Positions 13,902 through 27,845 of a DNA stretch of 64,000 nucleotides are shown in pieces. Source of the stretch: Octopus vulgaris (Eukaryota); contig OX597823.1 of NCBI GenBank assembly GCA_951406725.2, forward strand, positions 88,660,001 through 88,724,000. Direction: 5' to 3'. Made by a program: the position numbers and the translations under genes. The notes beneath the pieces are model-generated. The model was given only the letters and a program-made list of their open reading frames with translations, was not told where the DNA came from and did not search any database. The number at the start of each line of letters is the position of its first letter. The stretch's first letter is position 1.

Positions 13902-13991
13902 GAATTCCTTATACATTATGCAATTTCCGTTGTCTCATCAGGAAGGTGTGGCTCGACTTCGGCAGATTCCGGATTTAATTATCTGTCAGTA

Positions 13992-14764
13992 TGCGAGGTC
14001 TGATCTATTAGTATCCGAACCATTGTAATAGTAACGAAAATAAAACGCGCAGAGTAAAACTGATTGGCGCAGATTGCCGTTAAACTCTGCTGTACATGTG
14101 CTCTAAGTTTTAACGTTCTAGCCTACTTCCGCTGTTTACAGCACTGCGTGAAATGAAGGTGTGTAGTGTGGAATCGTCACATTGCCCCTGACATAAAAAG
14201 GTTGTTATGGCGATATCTGCTCAGAGGCCTACGCAAAGTAGTAGAAAGTGTATGGAGAGGAGTTATGAGTCGCACACAAATGTACGACTGGTTCAGACGT
14301 TTCGAAGATAGTCGAAATATGTGAATAGTGATGAACATTCTGGGAGACCCACAACGAGCAGAACTAAGAAAAACAATGCAGCTGTGAGGGGAAATCGTTG
14401 AATCACTATCTGTGTCTTATGAGAAGGTGTGCAGATTGGTTACGATTTAGTTCAGTCCATTATCACTGAAGATTTGGGTACGAGACGCATGTCTGCCAAG
14501 TTTGCGACGAAACTGCTTTCAGCGGACGAAAAAGACACTCGGGTTTCAGTTGCACAAGGTTTCCTTGATTACTTTTTTACTTGTTTCAGTCATTTGACAG
14601 TGGCCATGCTGGAGCACCGCCTTTAGTAGAGCAAACAGACCCCGGGGCTTATTCTTTGTAAGCCTAGCACTTATTCTATCGGTCGCTTTTGCTGAACCGC
14701 TAAGTTACAGGAACGTAAACACACCAGCGTCGGTTGTCAAATGATGCAGGGGGGACAAACACAA

Positions 14765-14835
<71 letters not shown>

Positions 14836-15290
14836 TGACGGGCTTCTTTCAGTTTCCGCCTACCAAATCCACTCACAAGGCTTTGGTCGGCCCGAGGCTA
14901 TAGGAGAAGACAGTTGCCCAAGATGTCACGTAGCGCGACTGAACCCGGAACCATGTGGTTCGCAAGCAAGCTACTTACCACATAGTCACTGTGTCGAGAA
15001 CGATAAAAACTTTTCGAAAAATTTGCGTAGGCCTCTGAGCAGTTATCGCCATGCTTTTGACAAAATTTGATGCTGATTCTCTGCACAACTGTTATGGCCA
15101 ATGCGGCGATCACACGCTACACAGTTTCCTTCCAAGCACTGCTGTAAACAGCGGCAGCGAGCTAGAATGTTAAGACTTAGTGCGCATGAACAGCAGAGAT
15201 CAAAATCAGTCTCTGCCAAGTAGCTTTACTCTGCGTGCTTTAGCTTCGTTATTATGTTTCAGTCCGGATACTTATTGATCAGACTACGTT
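13992..15290 (+). mobile_element. Rearranged mariner derivative with two inverted 5' ends, interrupted by a SINE
   Basis: TIRs CGAGGTCTGATCTATTAGTATCCG / CCGGATACTTATTGATCAGACTACG; arms 13992-14237 and 15022-15290 are inverted copies; transposase N-terminal motifs MSRTQMYDWFRRF, SGRPTTS, IITEDLGTRRMSAKFATKLLS. Confidence 0.85.
14570..14988 (-). mobile_element. SINE family B nested in the mariner
   Basis: Matches 2910-3320; splits the transposase between ...QGFLD and CVENDKNF. Confidence 0.85.
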
Positions 15291-18200
15291 TATGTTTTCA
15301 TCACAGAAATCTTTTGATGACTTAACAAATCGCAAATTTTTATACAGAAAATTAATATAGACAGCAGTTTGCAATGTTTCACCAAAAAGGAAATATATAA
15401 TATATATGTGTACCTCTGCGTGTGCGAGCACGTGTGCTTGTAGCAATTACCCGCATAAGAGCATGTGACAATGGTAGGGAAAGTAGGCTGCACTTTAAAT
15501 TAAGTGCCACTCTCATCGCATCTCCCAGCCCATGAATCGAACCATGGATTTGAAGGAAAGCCTTGAACATTACCATAAATCTGTGTGTTCGTAAAGATAT
15601 CCATTCTGTATATTCTGTAATTAAATGGTTTACGAAAACACGTAATCTTTTTTTCAGTGTCTTGCTTTTAGACATATCTTGTTTTGAAATGCGTAAGTGC
15701 CCATAGACAGCATTATAGTCTAACACTAACTTCATTTCCAGAATAGAAACAATATTATTCTCTACGCTACGCTGTTTCCCTGTTTCTGGATAGTGTAACT
15801 TTTGTGCGAACGTTTAGATCAGATAGTGAACACGTTAGCGTGATTTCTAGCTGGTGTTATAAGATAATAGGATAAATTATTAAGATAATCAATCATATTC
15901 AGGCTGTTATGTTTCACAACCTGAAACAGCACGTACAAATTCATACTGAATTGTGAATCGTATATCACACCCTAGGATTTTCATCTTAAAGATTTATTGC
16001 CCATACAGCCTAAATATATATATATATATGAAAACAAAACAACAATATCAGGGAAATGTGTGAAGGTTGAAGTAATGTATAGACGATATAAGAGAAATAA
16101 AAATATTATATGGGCTATTTCTATTTACAGAGTGTTCATTAGATTTTCTTCAGGCAGAAAGATCAGAGTTGAGCAAATGCTGCTACTACGACGACAATTA
16201 CACCATTGCTGTGATACGGTATGGAAATGTATTGGATGTTAGAGTAGGTATGAAAGATAACCTCTATGTTCGTTTCCATCGTAGCAGTGTTTATATATCC
16301 TATCATGGTGAAATTGTTTTGGGGCCACACAGAAGGAACATTTAGCTCGGTAGTTTTAAGGTAATTGTGTGGAACGCTATGATTAATGCTGTACAGCTTT
16401 GTGCCGAGCTGAATTCGCTACACAGTTTCAAATTAATGTCGAAGCCGTTGTAATTCTTTTAAGCAATAATTTCTCACGGAAGAGCCATTAAAATACCCCG
16501 TTTCCCCTTTTATATTTGCTACAGAGTGAGTAGCTTGCAGAATAGCGATACTTTCCCTTTGACATTAAAGTTCCACATATTAATGAAACTTGCGGATTAA
16601 CAGATTCAGTGATACTTAACTATATCACACCTAGGTTTGGTGAAATTGTAGAATCAATAGAGCGCTGGATATAAATTCCACACATTAGCTCTGACTCTCG
16701 CTTGTGCAAGTTCAAATAGCAGTAATTTAAATTTTGCCGTTCAACCCTACAAGGTCCTTAAAAATATACCAAACTAAGGCGGTGGATTGACAAGCTGATT
16801 GCATTATTTATTGTCGGTCACGGCCTAGTGATTCCAACTTACAACAGCAGTCTTATGGGATCGTACCGAGTTGTGCCGATATAAAGTAGGATATTAATAA
16901 TAATAATAATAATAATAATGTTAACAATATACATTTGTGTCCAGAATACTCAGCCACTTTAATTCAAATTTTAGCGAGGTTAGTTCAGTTGATTGAACAG
17001 GTAAAAATTAAACTCTCTAGTGAAAATTCAGTTTGAGTCCCATTTATTTTTCATTTCTTTTATCAACTCTTCTATCCATGTCATTGAGTTAGGGTATCAG
17101 CTATGCTGTATTCCACAGAATCATGCACTGTAACGTAAAACTCAGGCCCTGTCAGCGTGACACACTCTCATAACGCTAAACATTAGAATTAAATGTTCAA
17201 TGAATCCAGCGGGTTCATACACAATTTCTGTGTACCCAATTTCATTCACAAGACATGAATCGACTTGGAATAATAGTTAATGACACTTAGCAAATATCGA
17301 ACTCTAGACATTATGAATGAAAAGTGAACTTGGCCATTCGGCCATAGTGCATCTACATGTAACATTACTCGCTCATTTAATAGCTATTGACAGTATGTGG
17401 GCGGTGACAATACAATTTTAGTTTTGTAGTTAGAAAAGTTAGAAAATACCCATAACTGATTTCAACCGACAACGCACGTCTTATAATTAATATTCTCCAC
17501 TACCTTCAGATTTCAAGAAAATCTTTTCATCTTGCATAATGAACGTTTGGATCATATATTTGTAATTATCTCAAAATCTTTGTCCAACGTTTAACGTGGA
17601 ACTCTTTTGTATCATAGGAACGAAGTGTATAGAATTCTAATGAGCTTCTATACAGGTTCCGTCAACTAAATTTTATTCATATGGTATAAGGTTGACTCGG
17701 AGCTACCAAAATATTACATGTGATAGACTTAGTGCAATATTTGCATCGTATCTGCTTTATTCTAGCAAATATGCGCTAAACATTTAGCTTTAAAAGCTTA
17801 TGGAGACATATACATTCTTTACTATTAGTTATTTGGTATTCAATGATTCCCAGCATCCTTTGTTATAGTAAAATCTATTATCTTGCTATAAAAGTTACGG
17901 ATATAAATAACTCGTTGAGAGATTTACAAATAGTAATCTTCAATAAATAACTGCGTTAAATAAAATTTGTCAGAAATGTGCAATGTGGTTAAACGTTATT
18001 ATAAATATCTATAAATTTTATCTATCTCCTGTAGGGTAGTTGGATAAGCATAAACATGTATATGAATGTGTGTTCATTGTTAGCAGAATGTGAATGGAAA
18101 TAATTTTGAGGAGACCAGCATAATGCACTGATATTGAATGTTTTAAAAATTGTAAAACTAAATGAAAAATCTAATTCATTAGGTTTAGCTGTAAAATCCT

Positions 18201-18744
18201 GTACAGGGATTAGCGTATTTACTTGTTGAACGAAATATTTATAGCTCTACCAAGGGAGGATATTTTCTATTATTGCATAGAGAAGACATCACCGTAAATT
18301 ATTCTAACTCATTACTATATATCTAGGTGTGTATTTGTGCGTGTTTGATTGTGTGTTTCTATGTTTATTCAAATAATCATAAACAAGTATATACAGAAAT
18401 GTATTGTGAAAGGCATCTTGACATCCCCTTTCTCTACGAACACCATATATCACAGAAACAATATAAACAGGATAACGCTTATAACATATGATTAGATGAT
18501 ATACAGGTATGTACAGATTTAAAGGCACATGTACGTTGTATATATACATGTACGTATATATATGAAGAGAGAGACACAGAAAGAGAAAGAAAGATGGATA
18601 GAGAAAGAAAGATAGATAGACAGGCAGATAGATAGATATATAGAAAGATAGCTAGGTAGACACACAGACAGATATATGGATAGATATGAACATACGAAAG
18701 AATCATCCCTTAATCTATGCTACGCCGGGTATCCATGCTAGTGA

Positions 18745-18789
<45 letters not shown>

Positions 18790-18819
18790 GTATGTATATA
18801 TATACATACATATATATAA

Positions 18820-18883
<64 letters not shown>

Positions 18884-19095
18884 GCAATAATAAATCTCTG
18901 AGCGAGTTATAAACAGTGGCCACAACACATCGTGAAGTATATTTGCCACTTAAATGAGGCTAACCCCTAAGAGTGGATGCTACTGTAGCTTGTAGCCCCA
19001 GGAGGACACCTTCTCCAGCTGGCTATTGACACACTTTCTGTGCCCTATCAGTATTTACAAAGGGAAGCCACCCTTCCTGTCTTCAACCTATGATA

Positions 19096-19140
19096 CACAC
19101 GGACTCGAGTTTCTGGTTATTGACCCGTCATCAGCGTGTG
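19096..19140 (-). ncRNA. Type I hammerhead ribozyme motif, near canonical
   Basis: Minus: CACACG-CTGATGA-CGGGTCAATAACCA-GAAA-CTCGAG-TC-CGTGTG; perfect 6-bp stem I, intact core, stem II GGT/ACC, palindromic stem III ACTCGAGT, GUC cleavage triplet. Lies in a roughly 18880-19200 segment next to (AT)n. Confidence 0.8.
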
Positions 19141-19249
19141 ACAATCAGCAGTTGTCGATGAAAAGTAGGTCTCCCTTTGCAAATATATATCCTTTTTCCA
19201 GTGAAAGGGAAGCCATCCTTTCCGTCTTGACAGCCGATTGTAGAGTGTT

Positions 19250-19405
19250 TACGGTCTCGTAACTTAGTGGTTCGGCATAGAGTAAGTAGCTGGCTTACAA
19301 AGAATAAGTTCTGGATTCGATTCCTTCGACTAAAACACCCTAAGGCGTTGCTACAGCATGGCCGCAGTCAAATCACTGAAACAAGTAAAAGAGTAAAAGA
19401 ATAAA
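19250..19405 (+). mobile_element. SINE family B 3' fragment
   Basis: ...CAGCATGGCCGCAGTCAAATCACTGAAACAAGTAAAAGAGTAAAAGA tail. Confidence 0.8.
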
Positions 19406-20072
19406 AAAATTGCTTATGGACTTATGAACTGGAATTAAGCTATTAAAGTTATTAAGTATTAAAAGATAGCTAAAGGAATGTAAGCTAATTCTAGTGGGAT
19501 ATATATGTCGACCAAATGTCAAATACACGAGAGCGTGTGCATGTTTAATGAAATACGCTCAGCACGTAAACTATGTCCAATTACATAATTGAAGTACTAA
19601 GTGTTGCATTGCGTCATATCTCGATATAAGAGACGAAAATGCAAAGAAAAAAAGACAAGAATCCACTATTCTTTGCTTCTTTGTTACTTTTATGATAAAA
19701 AAAAACACCAAAGAAATGTTGTAAAGATCCTGCTGCTATTATGTGCATGTTCGCCTATCATCTCTTATGTGTCTTCACGCATCTTTGCTTGATTTAGAGT
19801 CTTTGCTTACATATGTGTGTTATGTGTATGTGTGGGTGAGTATGTGTGTATCTAGGGAGGTAGATAGACAGGTTGGTAATTAAAAAGGTGGTAGGTAGGT
19901 AGGTAGGTAGGTAGGTTGGATGGTAGTTTAGTAAAAGCCAGCACGACAGCAATTATATGGTGCAATAACAAATCAAAAATGACATAGATGCACGCAATTC
20001 TCTGCGTGCATCTGTACCTGTATAAATACATACACACAACCATTCACACTTACCCGCTTATACATACATACA

Positions 20073-20141
<69 letters not shown>

Positions 20142-21078
20142 ATACACCGAGACACTTAAACACATACGTACACAATAGTCTCTGTTTATTGACCTTATGT
20201 TTTTCGTTGCGATCTTAATGCATACACTAAACAACAAGAATCTCTGAATTGGTTACGGCTTCCAGTTCGAGTACCTTTCACCACAACACACTCAATAAAT
20301 ACCAAAGTCAGCATTTGACTAAATCGGTTAACTTAATCTCAAGTGATTCATTCATCTATAGACAATTCTAAGTAGCTCTGACAAAAGCAACGTTCCTTGC
20401 TGAAGGTATGATGGCACTATCAAATGATTGCCATCTAAAATTGAATTGGTTAAAATACTTATTTTAACTATACGTAACAGCATCAAGATACATTCTTCGG
20501 ATTAAAGCATACTCACACGCATATGTACATTAAAGATTGCTTTTCAGTGTGTTTATATACCAAAACTAAGCAAACATTAATTCCAAGATCGCTCAAGGAC
20601 TTAAAATAGCGCATCGTATTCATTACATTTTTATAATGAAAGGTTGATAGTATGATAATGACAAGGAATCTGTGCTTAACATGATAGATATATACATTAA
20701 CATGATAATTTGCTTACAAACGTGGATAGATAGATATATGTATGTGTGTGTGTGTCTGTGTGTATAATAATAATATTAGGGGGTAACTCCAAACATACAG
20801 GGAAAAATTCTATTTAGTATTAAAACAAATTTCACAATATAAATATATAATATATATTTAAATTTAATTTTAATTCGAATTGAAGTTATAGCCGCGAAAC
20901 GTACGTAGTCTTTTTACTTCTTATATATTGTCTATTCATTTTTTGTACTTTTTTGTGATCTAGTTATATGTTTTATATGATTTATTTTTTCTATATGATG
21001 TGGTCCATGTCATCATTGTTTGAATTATATAATAGTGTTGTTTTCTCTAATTTGTATATGTATATATATACATATTCT

Positions 21079-21123
<45 letters not shown>

Positions 21124-21231
21124 AAAAATAGGATAAAATTTTTATAAGAATTTATCAAGTACTTAGCCTGAAAAAACCTCATAATGGAAAAATCCATCAA
21201 TTTATTCCTCTTAAATATATATATACTTATA

Positions 21232-21380
21232 TTAAGGGCATTACTATAGATAAATGGCTCACGCTAGGATGGACTCTTAAAGTCAAAACTACCATAATAA
21301 ATAAACATATATTATGGTATTTTTGACTTTAAAAGTCCCCCCTTGTGTGAGACATTTATGTATAGTAATAATGCCCTTTA
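21232..21380. repeat. Inverted repeat (hairpin), arms about 65-70 bp
   Basis: AAGGGCATTACTATAGATAAATG...AAAGTCAAAACTACCATAATA pairs with TATTATGGTATTTTTGACTTT...CATTTATGTATAGTAATAATGCCCTT. Confidence 0.85.
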
Positions 21381-21602
21381 TATATATATATATATAACAT
21401 CTAAGGATTGAGTTGAAGCGAGACAGTTAGCTTCAAGCAATCTATGGTAAATATATATAACACAGCTTTCAGGGACAATAGTAGTTTATTGAGATGGAAG
21501 GTCGTGGATGGATTTTTTTCTTATCGAAGTACGATAAATTGAAAAAAGTCCTTTTAATATTTCACGGCAGGCGACCAATGTCACCGGGTATGCGAATAAT
21601 AA

Positions 21603-21973
21603 TACAAGAGTTAAGGATACAGTAGTTAAGATCCGGGCTCCTTATGTTTCATAGCGAGCGAAACCTCAGAAGCGTTAAGTATCCAAGCGAGGTGTATACC
21701 GCAGGCTACTTTTCAGGCCAAGGATACCTTGATTAAATGAAGGCTTAGATTGCCGCAAGGAGGTACATGCTAGCACATGGAAGATTAAATTTTCTATGTG
21801 TTAACATGTACCTCCTTGCGACAATGTAAACTTTCATGTAATGAAGATATTCTTGGCCTGAAAAGTAGCCTGCGGTATGTACGTCTCTTGGATATTTAAC
21901 CACTTCCGAGGTTTCGCTCGCTGTGAAACATATGTAGCCCGGATTTTATCTACCCCATTCCTTAACCCTTGTA
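21603..21973. repeat. Long palindrome (arms about 183 bp, loop about 3 nt) carrying hammerhead-like motifs
   Basis: Arm 21603-21785 is the diverged reverse complement of 21789-21973, e.g. ACCGCAGGCTACTTTTCAGGCCAAG / CTTGGCCTGAAAAGTAGCCTGCGGT. Confidence 0.92.
21855..21939 (+). ncRNA. Hammerhead-like motif with 60-nt stem II (core G8>A)
   Basis: GGC-CTGAAAA-GTAGC...GCTGT-GAAA-CATATG-TA-GCC; mirror copy at 21636-21719 (minus). Confidence 0.55.
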
Positions 21974-23540
21974 TACATAGATACAGATATTTACTCGAGA
22001 GTGTGTGTGCGTGTTTTAATATTTCTGTTTGAGCGTCCTCTGTTTTATTTTACCTCAGGAACATTAAGATAAACATTGGCACATACGTTAACATAAACGA
22101 GCATGAGTATTCATATTTGTGTATTTCATCAGATATCATTTAGTGAACAGAGCCGACATCTGTCTTGATTCCATTGCCCTCTTTACGTTCAGCCTGCATT
22201 TTTCTTGGCTTGTTTTAAATAATATTTCAGACTTTCATAATAATATAAGCTAGCATGAAGTGTGATATATATTAATTTTTTTTTCCTTCTTTCTTACATG
22301 CAACAAAGTATAGCAGTAGTTTAATGGAAATTTATATATTTCCATCAGAACTGTAGCAGCATCTATACATAACGGAGTGTTTTTTGTCTGAACACGATCT
22401 GTCATAATTTTCTCCGGTGATCTCCGATGAGGTCATCTGTATCACATATATCTGCTGCATTAAGTATTCTTATTTCTATCAACTCTGAACAGTTCCTCTT
22501 TAATCGAATGGTTTTACTTGGTTTAGTTTTTGCATTATTTTTGTCTGCTAGAATGCAAGCTGTTATAAATGTGTACAATGTTCTTAGATCTGAGCCTGTA
22601 TAGCATATGACCTTCCCATTAGGTCGTTCAAAAGCGCTTTTCTAAATACAGGACCTAGTCTAATGCATGCCTGTCATATGTATTCTAAGCTATTTCTGCT
22701 CTATCCTGAACTACATTCTGACCTTTTGATTTCTATTTCAGATGAAAGTTCCGAAAATGTTGGCCTTTAATTTATTTTCCAAAGTGAAAACGTCTTCTCA
22801 CAAAGACTTGTATAACTATTTTATCCAGACTTGCATGGTTTACAGGCAATATTCTGTGACACATTAGTCAGCTATCTTTCTCTTGAAGAAGAATGGCTGT
22901 AAATAGCATAGAATGTTAGTAACGCAGCTATAAATTATAAGGTATTGCTACTACTTGTAGTAGTGACATTACATATACTTACTGTCGACAGTGAAAATAT
23001 ATAAAGTATAAAGTGTTTGGGCCAACGACGTATGTATCACTGGTCATAGGAGTTGAACAATGAAATCCTTTAAACATTAGTTGACCATCTTTCTCATGAA
23101 GACATATGACTCGAAGTACCATATTTCTTAGTAATACAGCAATCAATTATAAGTCGTTGCCAGTATTGCAATAGTACTTTATTTGATATAGATATTTAAA
23201 TGTACAGTTGAGTATAAAGTGTTAGAGACAGTGATATAAGGTGGATCAGGTCATGATATTTAAATGAAAATACTGACTGTATATATCAAGCAACAAATTT
23301 GTTTTATTTACCACAACAATTGGTTTATGCACAAGAAGCAGTATCATACTAAAATAATCATCTGCGTATCATACTCACTATAAATACATCACAAAAAACT
23401 AAATTTTAGGGATAATCGTGGAGAGTTAATAAATATTATGGATGTGTTGTATTTAAAAGAAGAGACGATTTCGGTAGTAGACGAAAAGCGTCCATCAGGG
23501 GCAGGTGAGGATGCTACAAGAGCATTTCTGTTCTTGTAGA

Positions 23541-23779
23541 AGTCGGTGAGGTGGCAGAAGCGTTAGGACGGCGGGCAGAATGCTTAGCGGTATTTCGTCT
23601 GCAGTTACGTTCTGATTTCAAATTCCGTCGAGGTCTCCTTTTCTTTTCATTCCTTTCGGGGTCGATAAATTAAGAACCAGTTACGCACTGGGGTCGATGT
23701 AATCGACTTAATCCCTTTGTTCGTCCTTGTTTGTCCCTTCTATGTTTAGCCCCTTGTGAGCAATAAAGAATTATGAAAT
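23541..23779 (+). mobile_element. SINE family A
   Basis: Matches the 2351 copy; flanking direct repeat AAGAGCATTTCTG (23518-23530, 23780-23792). Confidence 0.85.
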
Positions 23780-25623
23780 AAGAGCATTTCTGCTTCTCTA
23801 CACTTTGTCAGTAACATCTACTCACTGTCGACTGCAAGCAGAGATGACATCCAACTTACTAATATATTAGTGCAATGATTAGCATTGCACTAGCCACTCG
23901 GTTGAATATCGATCTGTTTTAGGCAACAGAAACAGTATTAGATTAAAATAGCAATCTGTGCATTAAACGTAATGTAAATTAATAGCGAAAATTTATTGCA
24001 GTACTCGTCTGGAGATTGTATTTTTAAACACAAGTTCATAAAATATCCTAACTATATATTGAAAATAAAAAAATATAAAATGTAAGAAATTATATTCAAT
24101 TTGAAATAGTTGCGAACTCTGTAACTCTGCTTTCTGATTCTATTTTACAGCACACAGGCAGCAATGGAACAATCTAATCATTATCGTCAGAGTTGTATTG
24201 GAGTTTATGACGCGTGATGTTGGTTCCGTAACGCGTGGAACCTAATTTGTAAATATTTTTGCAATTAAACACTTTATAAATATATATATATGTATGTATC
24301 TTTTTTTTAAATATTGTTTTGTTCTTTTGTGACGTAATTGGCTAATTTCATTTTCTGTAAGTTAATCATTTACAAATTTTTTTTTCATACATACTTTAAT
24401 TGTATAATTACAAATATTTTATTTGTTTTGCATTTATTTTCATCATTGACTTTTCTATTTCCAATATGAAGGTCATAAGAGTTTATGTTTTGCAAATAAT
24501 TATCCAGTTTATTTTCTTAATATTAATTAACCTCATCTGTTCTTTCTCGTCTTATTTCATTAAGTGTCCTGATTACATAAGAAAATAAAATATATTTTTC
24601 TGTTCTCTTCTTCATTCTGATTTATTCAATTTTCTATTTTCATTCTTCATTTTCCGTTTACATTGTTTTTTTTTTATTTTGTTCTTGTTTTGTTTCATTA
24701 TTTTATTTGTTCGACTCCTGTTAGCAGGAGAATTCATTTTCTTTTCTCTTCTATTTTTTTATATTCTAAACACCAATTGCCTTGTATGAAATATTCTATC
24801 CTACTTCTTTTTCCCTTTTCCACCCCACCACTCGTATTCTTAATTCCTTTCGTCAAATTCCCATTCTACTTCTAAACTGTCTTTTTTACTAAATGTTAAC
24901 AATGTTACCCAAGAGACAAACAACATCAAAATCTCAGCTTACGAAATGAAATGGAGAGAAAAATTCATCAAACACAGATTAGAACCGTGTATTTGTATCG
25001 ATAAACGATGCTGAGTTCCAAAAAATTGCTACGGCTTTCGAATAAAACATTAATTAGCAAAAAATAAATAGAACCTAAAAGAAATGCATTGAGTGCTAAA
25101 AACTATCGAAACGAAAGATATAAACAATTAGATTACAACTTCTTTGAACGTTTACCCTTGCATCTCAAGAAAAAGAATTGCAATATGATTAATGCTGTTT
25201 CAGGTAATTTTTATCACAATGCTTTTTTCTGAATTTGCTATTGTTTATAGTTTCAATAGAATCGAGGACATTGCAAAATTTTTAGCGCAGAGGACTAAAT
25301 GCTTAGTGGTTGCTTACCTGATGGATTTTCATGTTGTGCATTCTAATCCCACCGAGATCAACTCCGATTTTCGCCCTTCTGGGGTCGATAAAATAAAGTA
25401 CCAGTCAAATACTAGTGGCTATGGTACAGAGTAATCCCCTGGCATTTTCAACATCGCTGGCCTTATGCCCGAATCAGAAAAACCTTTACAGTTTAAATAT
25501 TCGACTTAAGTTTTTGAATGAATGCACATGAATTTCCATGACAGTCGTTCAGGTGTTGTCAGCCTTGTCAACTGGTACATCGGCAGTTTTTAAATGACTA
25601 CGTAAGAACAAGAAACTATCCGT

Positions 25624-25741
<118 letters not shown>

Positions 25742-26574
25742 GAGTTTGAAGGCCTCTTTTGATTGAAATGACTGAAATAAGTTTTTAAAACATGAGCTAA
25801 AACAGTAACTCAGTGTGGTCTAGTGACATCCATATGAACAAAATAGACAAATAAGGTTATATTAAAATGCGTCGAGCATAAATTTTAGATTTACTGAAAA
25901 TATCTCCGCCTCTAGAGGATGTGTCACAATTTTTAATGGCAACTGAGATATCACGTTACTTAAATAAAGCTGGATTAAAGAAAACAATAAATGCTACACA
26001 TTCATAAATACAATTCGATTACGAATAATAAAATTGTTTAAAATGTAAACTGGCATTTTGTATTCCTTTCGGGACTTTGGCAACAATATGATAAACATAC
26101 TGTTATCAATAACATGTGCTCATGGTAAAGAAGCCGTGGTTTGGTATCATTTATACAGTGTCCCCAAAGTCAGTGTCATCCAGAAAGCTCCTATTATTTA
26201 TGTGGTTCATTCAAATCCGTTAGGTATCTATTTCTTCCTTACATATGTACACTTTATCTTCTCTATTTGCATTCATGTATTTGTCTTCATATTATATCTT
26301 TCACACATAGCATACTGACTTTCTGCAAGGAACAGTGTATATACAATTACAGTCCCTTAGCAAAACGGTATATAGCTAGCTAAAAGGTTCTCTGACTTCA
26401 GATTAATTACATCATTATCTTGTGCTGCTTAAACACAGTATTTCTTCATTATAGGACAAAAATAGGAAACAGAATAGGCCCCATGCATATATATATATAT
26501 ATATACAAATACATACGTACGTACGTACGTAAATACATACATGCATGCATACATACATACACAAACACACACAC

Positions 26575-26845
26575 ACAGGGGACGGTTGAAAAGTTGAGAG
26601 GCTGACCAAGATACTCCCATATATGACCAGATGAGGTCTGTTTTTCAACATAGTCCTCCATGTTGTCCACACACTTCTTCCATCTGTGTTGCAGTGCTCG
26701 GATCCCATTGGTGAAGAAGCTTTTATCCTTTCGTTCAGGTCATCAACTACAGATATGACGCCATCATCACTGCGATACTGGTTCACAGTCACGGGTTTTT
26801 CCATGTTGGATAATCAGATGGGACCAAATCAGGAGAATAGAAACG
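26575..26845 (-). mobile_element. mariner transposase 3' fragment with terminal TIR
   Basis: Minus: YSPDLVPSDY...QYRSDDGVISVVDD...SFFTNGIRALQHRWKKCVDNMEDYVEK (frameshifted); TIR-like GGGACGGTTGAAAAGT. Confidence 0.85.
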
Positions 26846-26875
26846 GTGATTATGTGGTTATGGCTTTGAACTGGT

Positions 26876-26915
<40 letters not shown>

Positions 26916-27166
26916 TTTGCCTTTCACACTTCCCGGATCGATTAAATAAGTACCAGTTACGCACTGGGGTCGATGTAATCGACTTTGTCAGTTCTTGTTT
27001 GTTCCCTCTACGTTTAGCTCCTTGTGGGCAATAAAAACAAATATATAACTTGCAGTGTTTCCGAGCATTCTTCTTCTATGTTATATTTTTATAATCATAA
27101 CCTTGGCTTTGGATTCCCACGCATGTATCCATATAGAAACTGTTTGACAGCGAAATAAATAAATAA

Positions 27167-27226
<60 letters not shown>

Positions 27227-27505
27227 GAGTGTTTTTCTTTTTGACTTTTAGGTCGGTTATGTAAAGCGCTTTGTGAGAGAAGCGGTATGGGAAGAAAAGA
27301 ACTTATGAAATGACATTAAGACGTGATTTGTGTCAAATAAAGTTTCTGTTATACAACTTGTATATCTCCTCGTGAGAATTCAAAAATATTTTACATTTTC
27401 TGATATGTGAACACAAGGTAGGTATGTATATAATTTTTGTAAGTATACACACATATGCTTATCAGAAACAATATACATATATGATATGCACACTGTAATT
27501 ATATA

Positions 27506-27845
27506 CAGGGTTTGGACAAAATAATTGTAACACCTAGCATCATAATTTTGAAATATCTATAAAACCGTCAAAAGCTTGTTCATTTTTATGTTTTTTGATT
27601 TAAATTTTTTGCTAAAATTGAAATTTCTTTTCAAATATCAACAAAATGAGGTAATTAAAATGACATATTATCGGACTTTGAAATAGGTCAAATTGTTGGT
27701 GCGCGTATGGCTGACGCTAGCGTAACGGAGACAGCCGAAATTTTTGGTGAATCAACAAGTACTCTCTCGAAAGTAGTGACAGATTTTGCAATTGGAAAAC
27801 CACTACTTTCAAAAAACAATCGTTGCAAAACGTTTGGAGTACAGT
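27506..27845 (+). mobile_element. Tc1-like transposon 5' fragment
   Basis: TA|CAGGGTTTGGACAAAATAATTGTAACACC terminus; paired-domain HTH LSDFEIGQIVGARMADASVTETAEIFGESTSTLSKV. Confidence 0.8.

Noticed and set aside
24130-24240. Plus-strand splice-acceptor-like sites (also near 22740)
   Set aside because: No sustained open frame or matching donor; such sites are common in AT-rich DNA.
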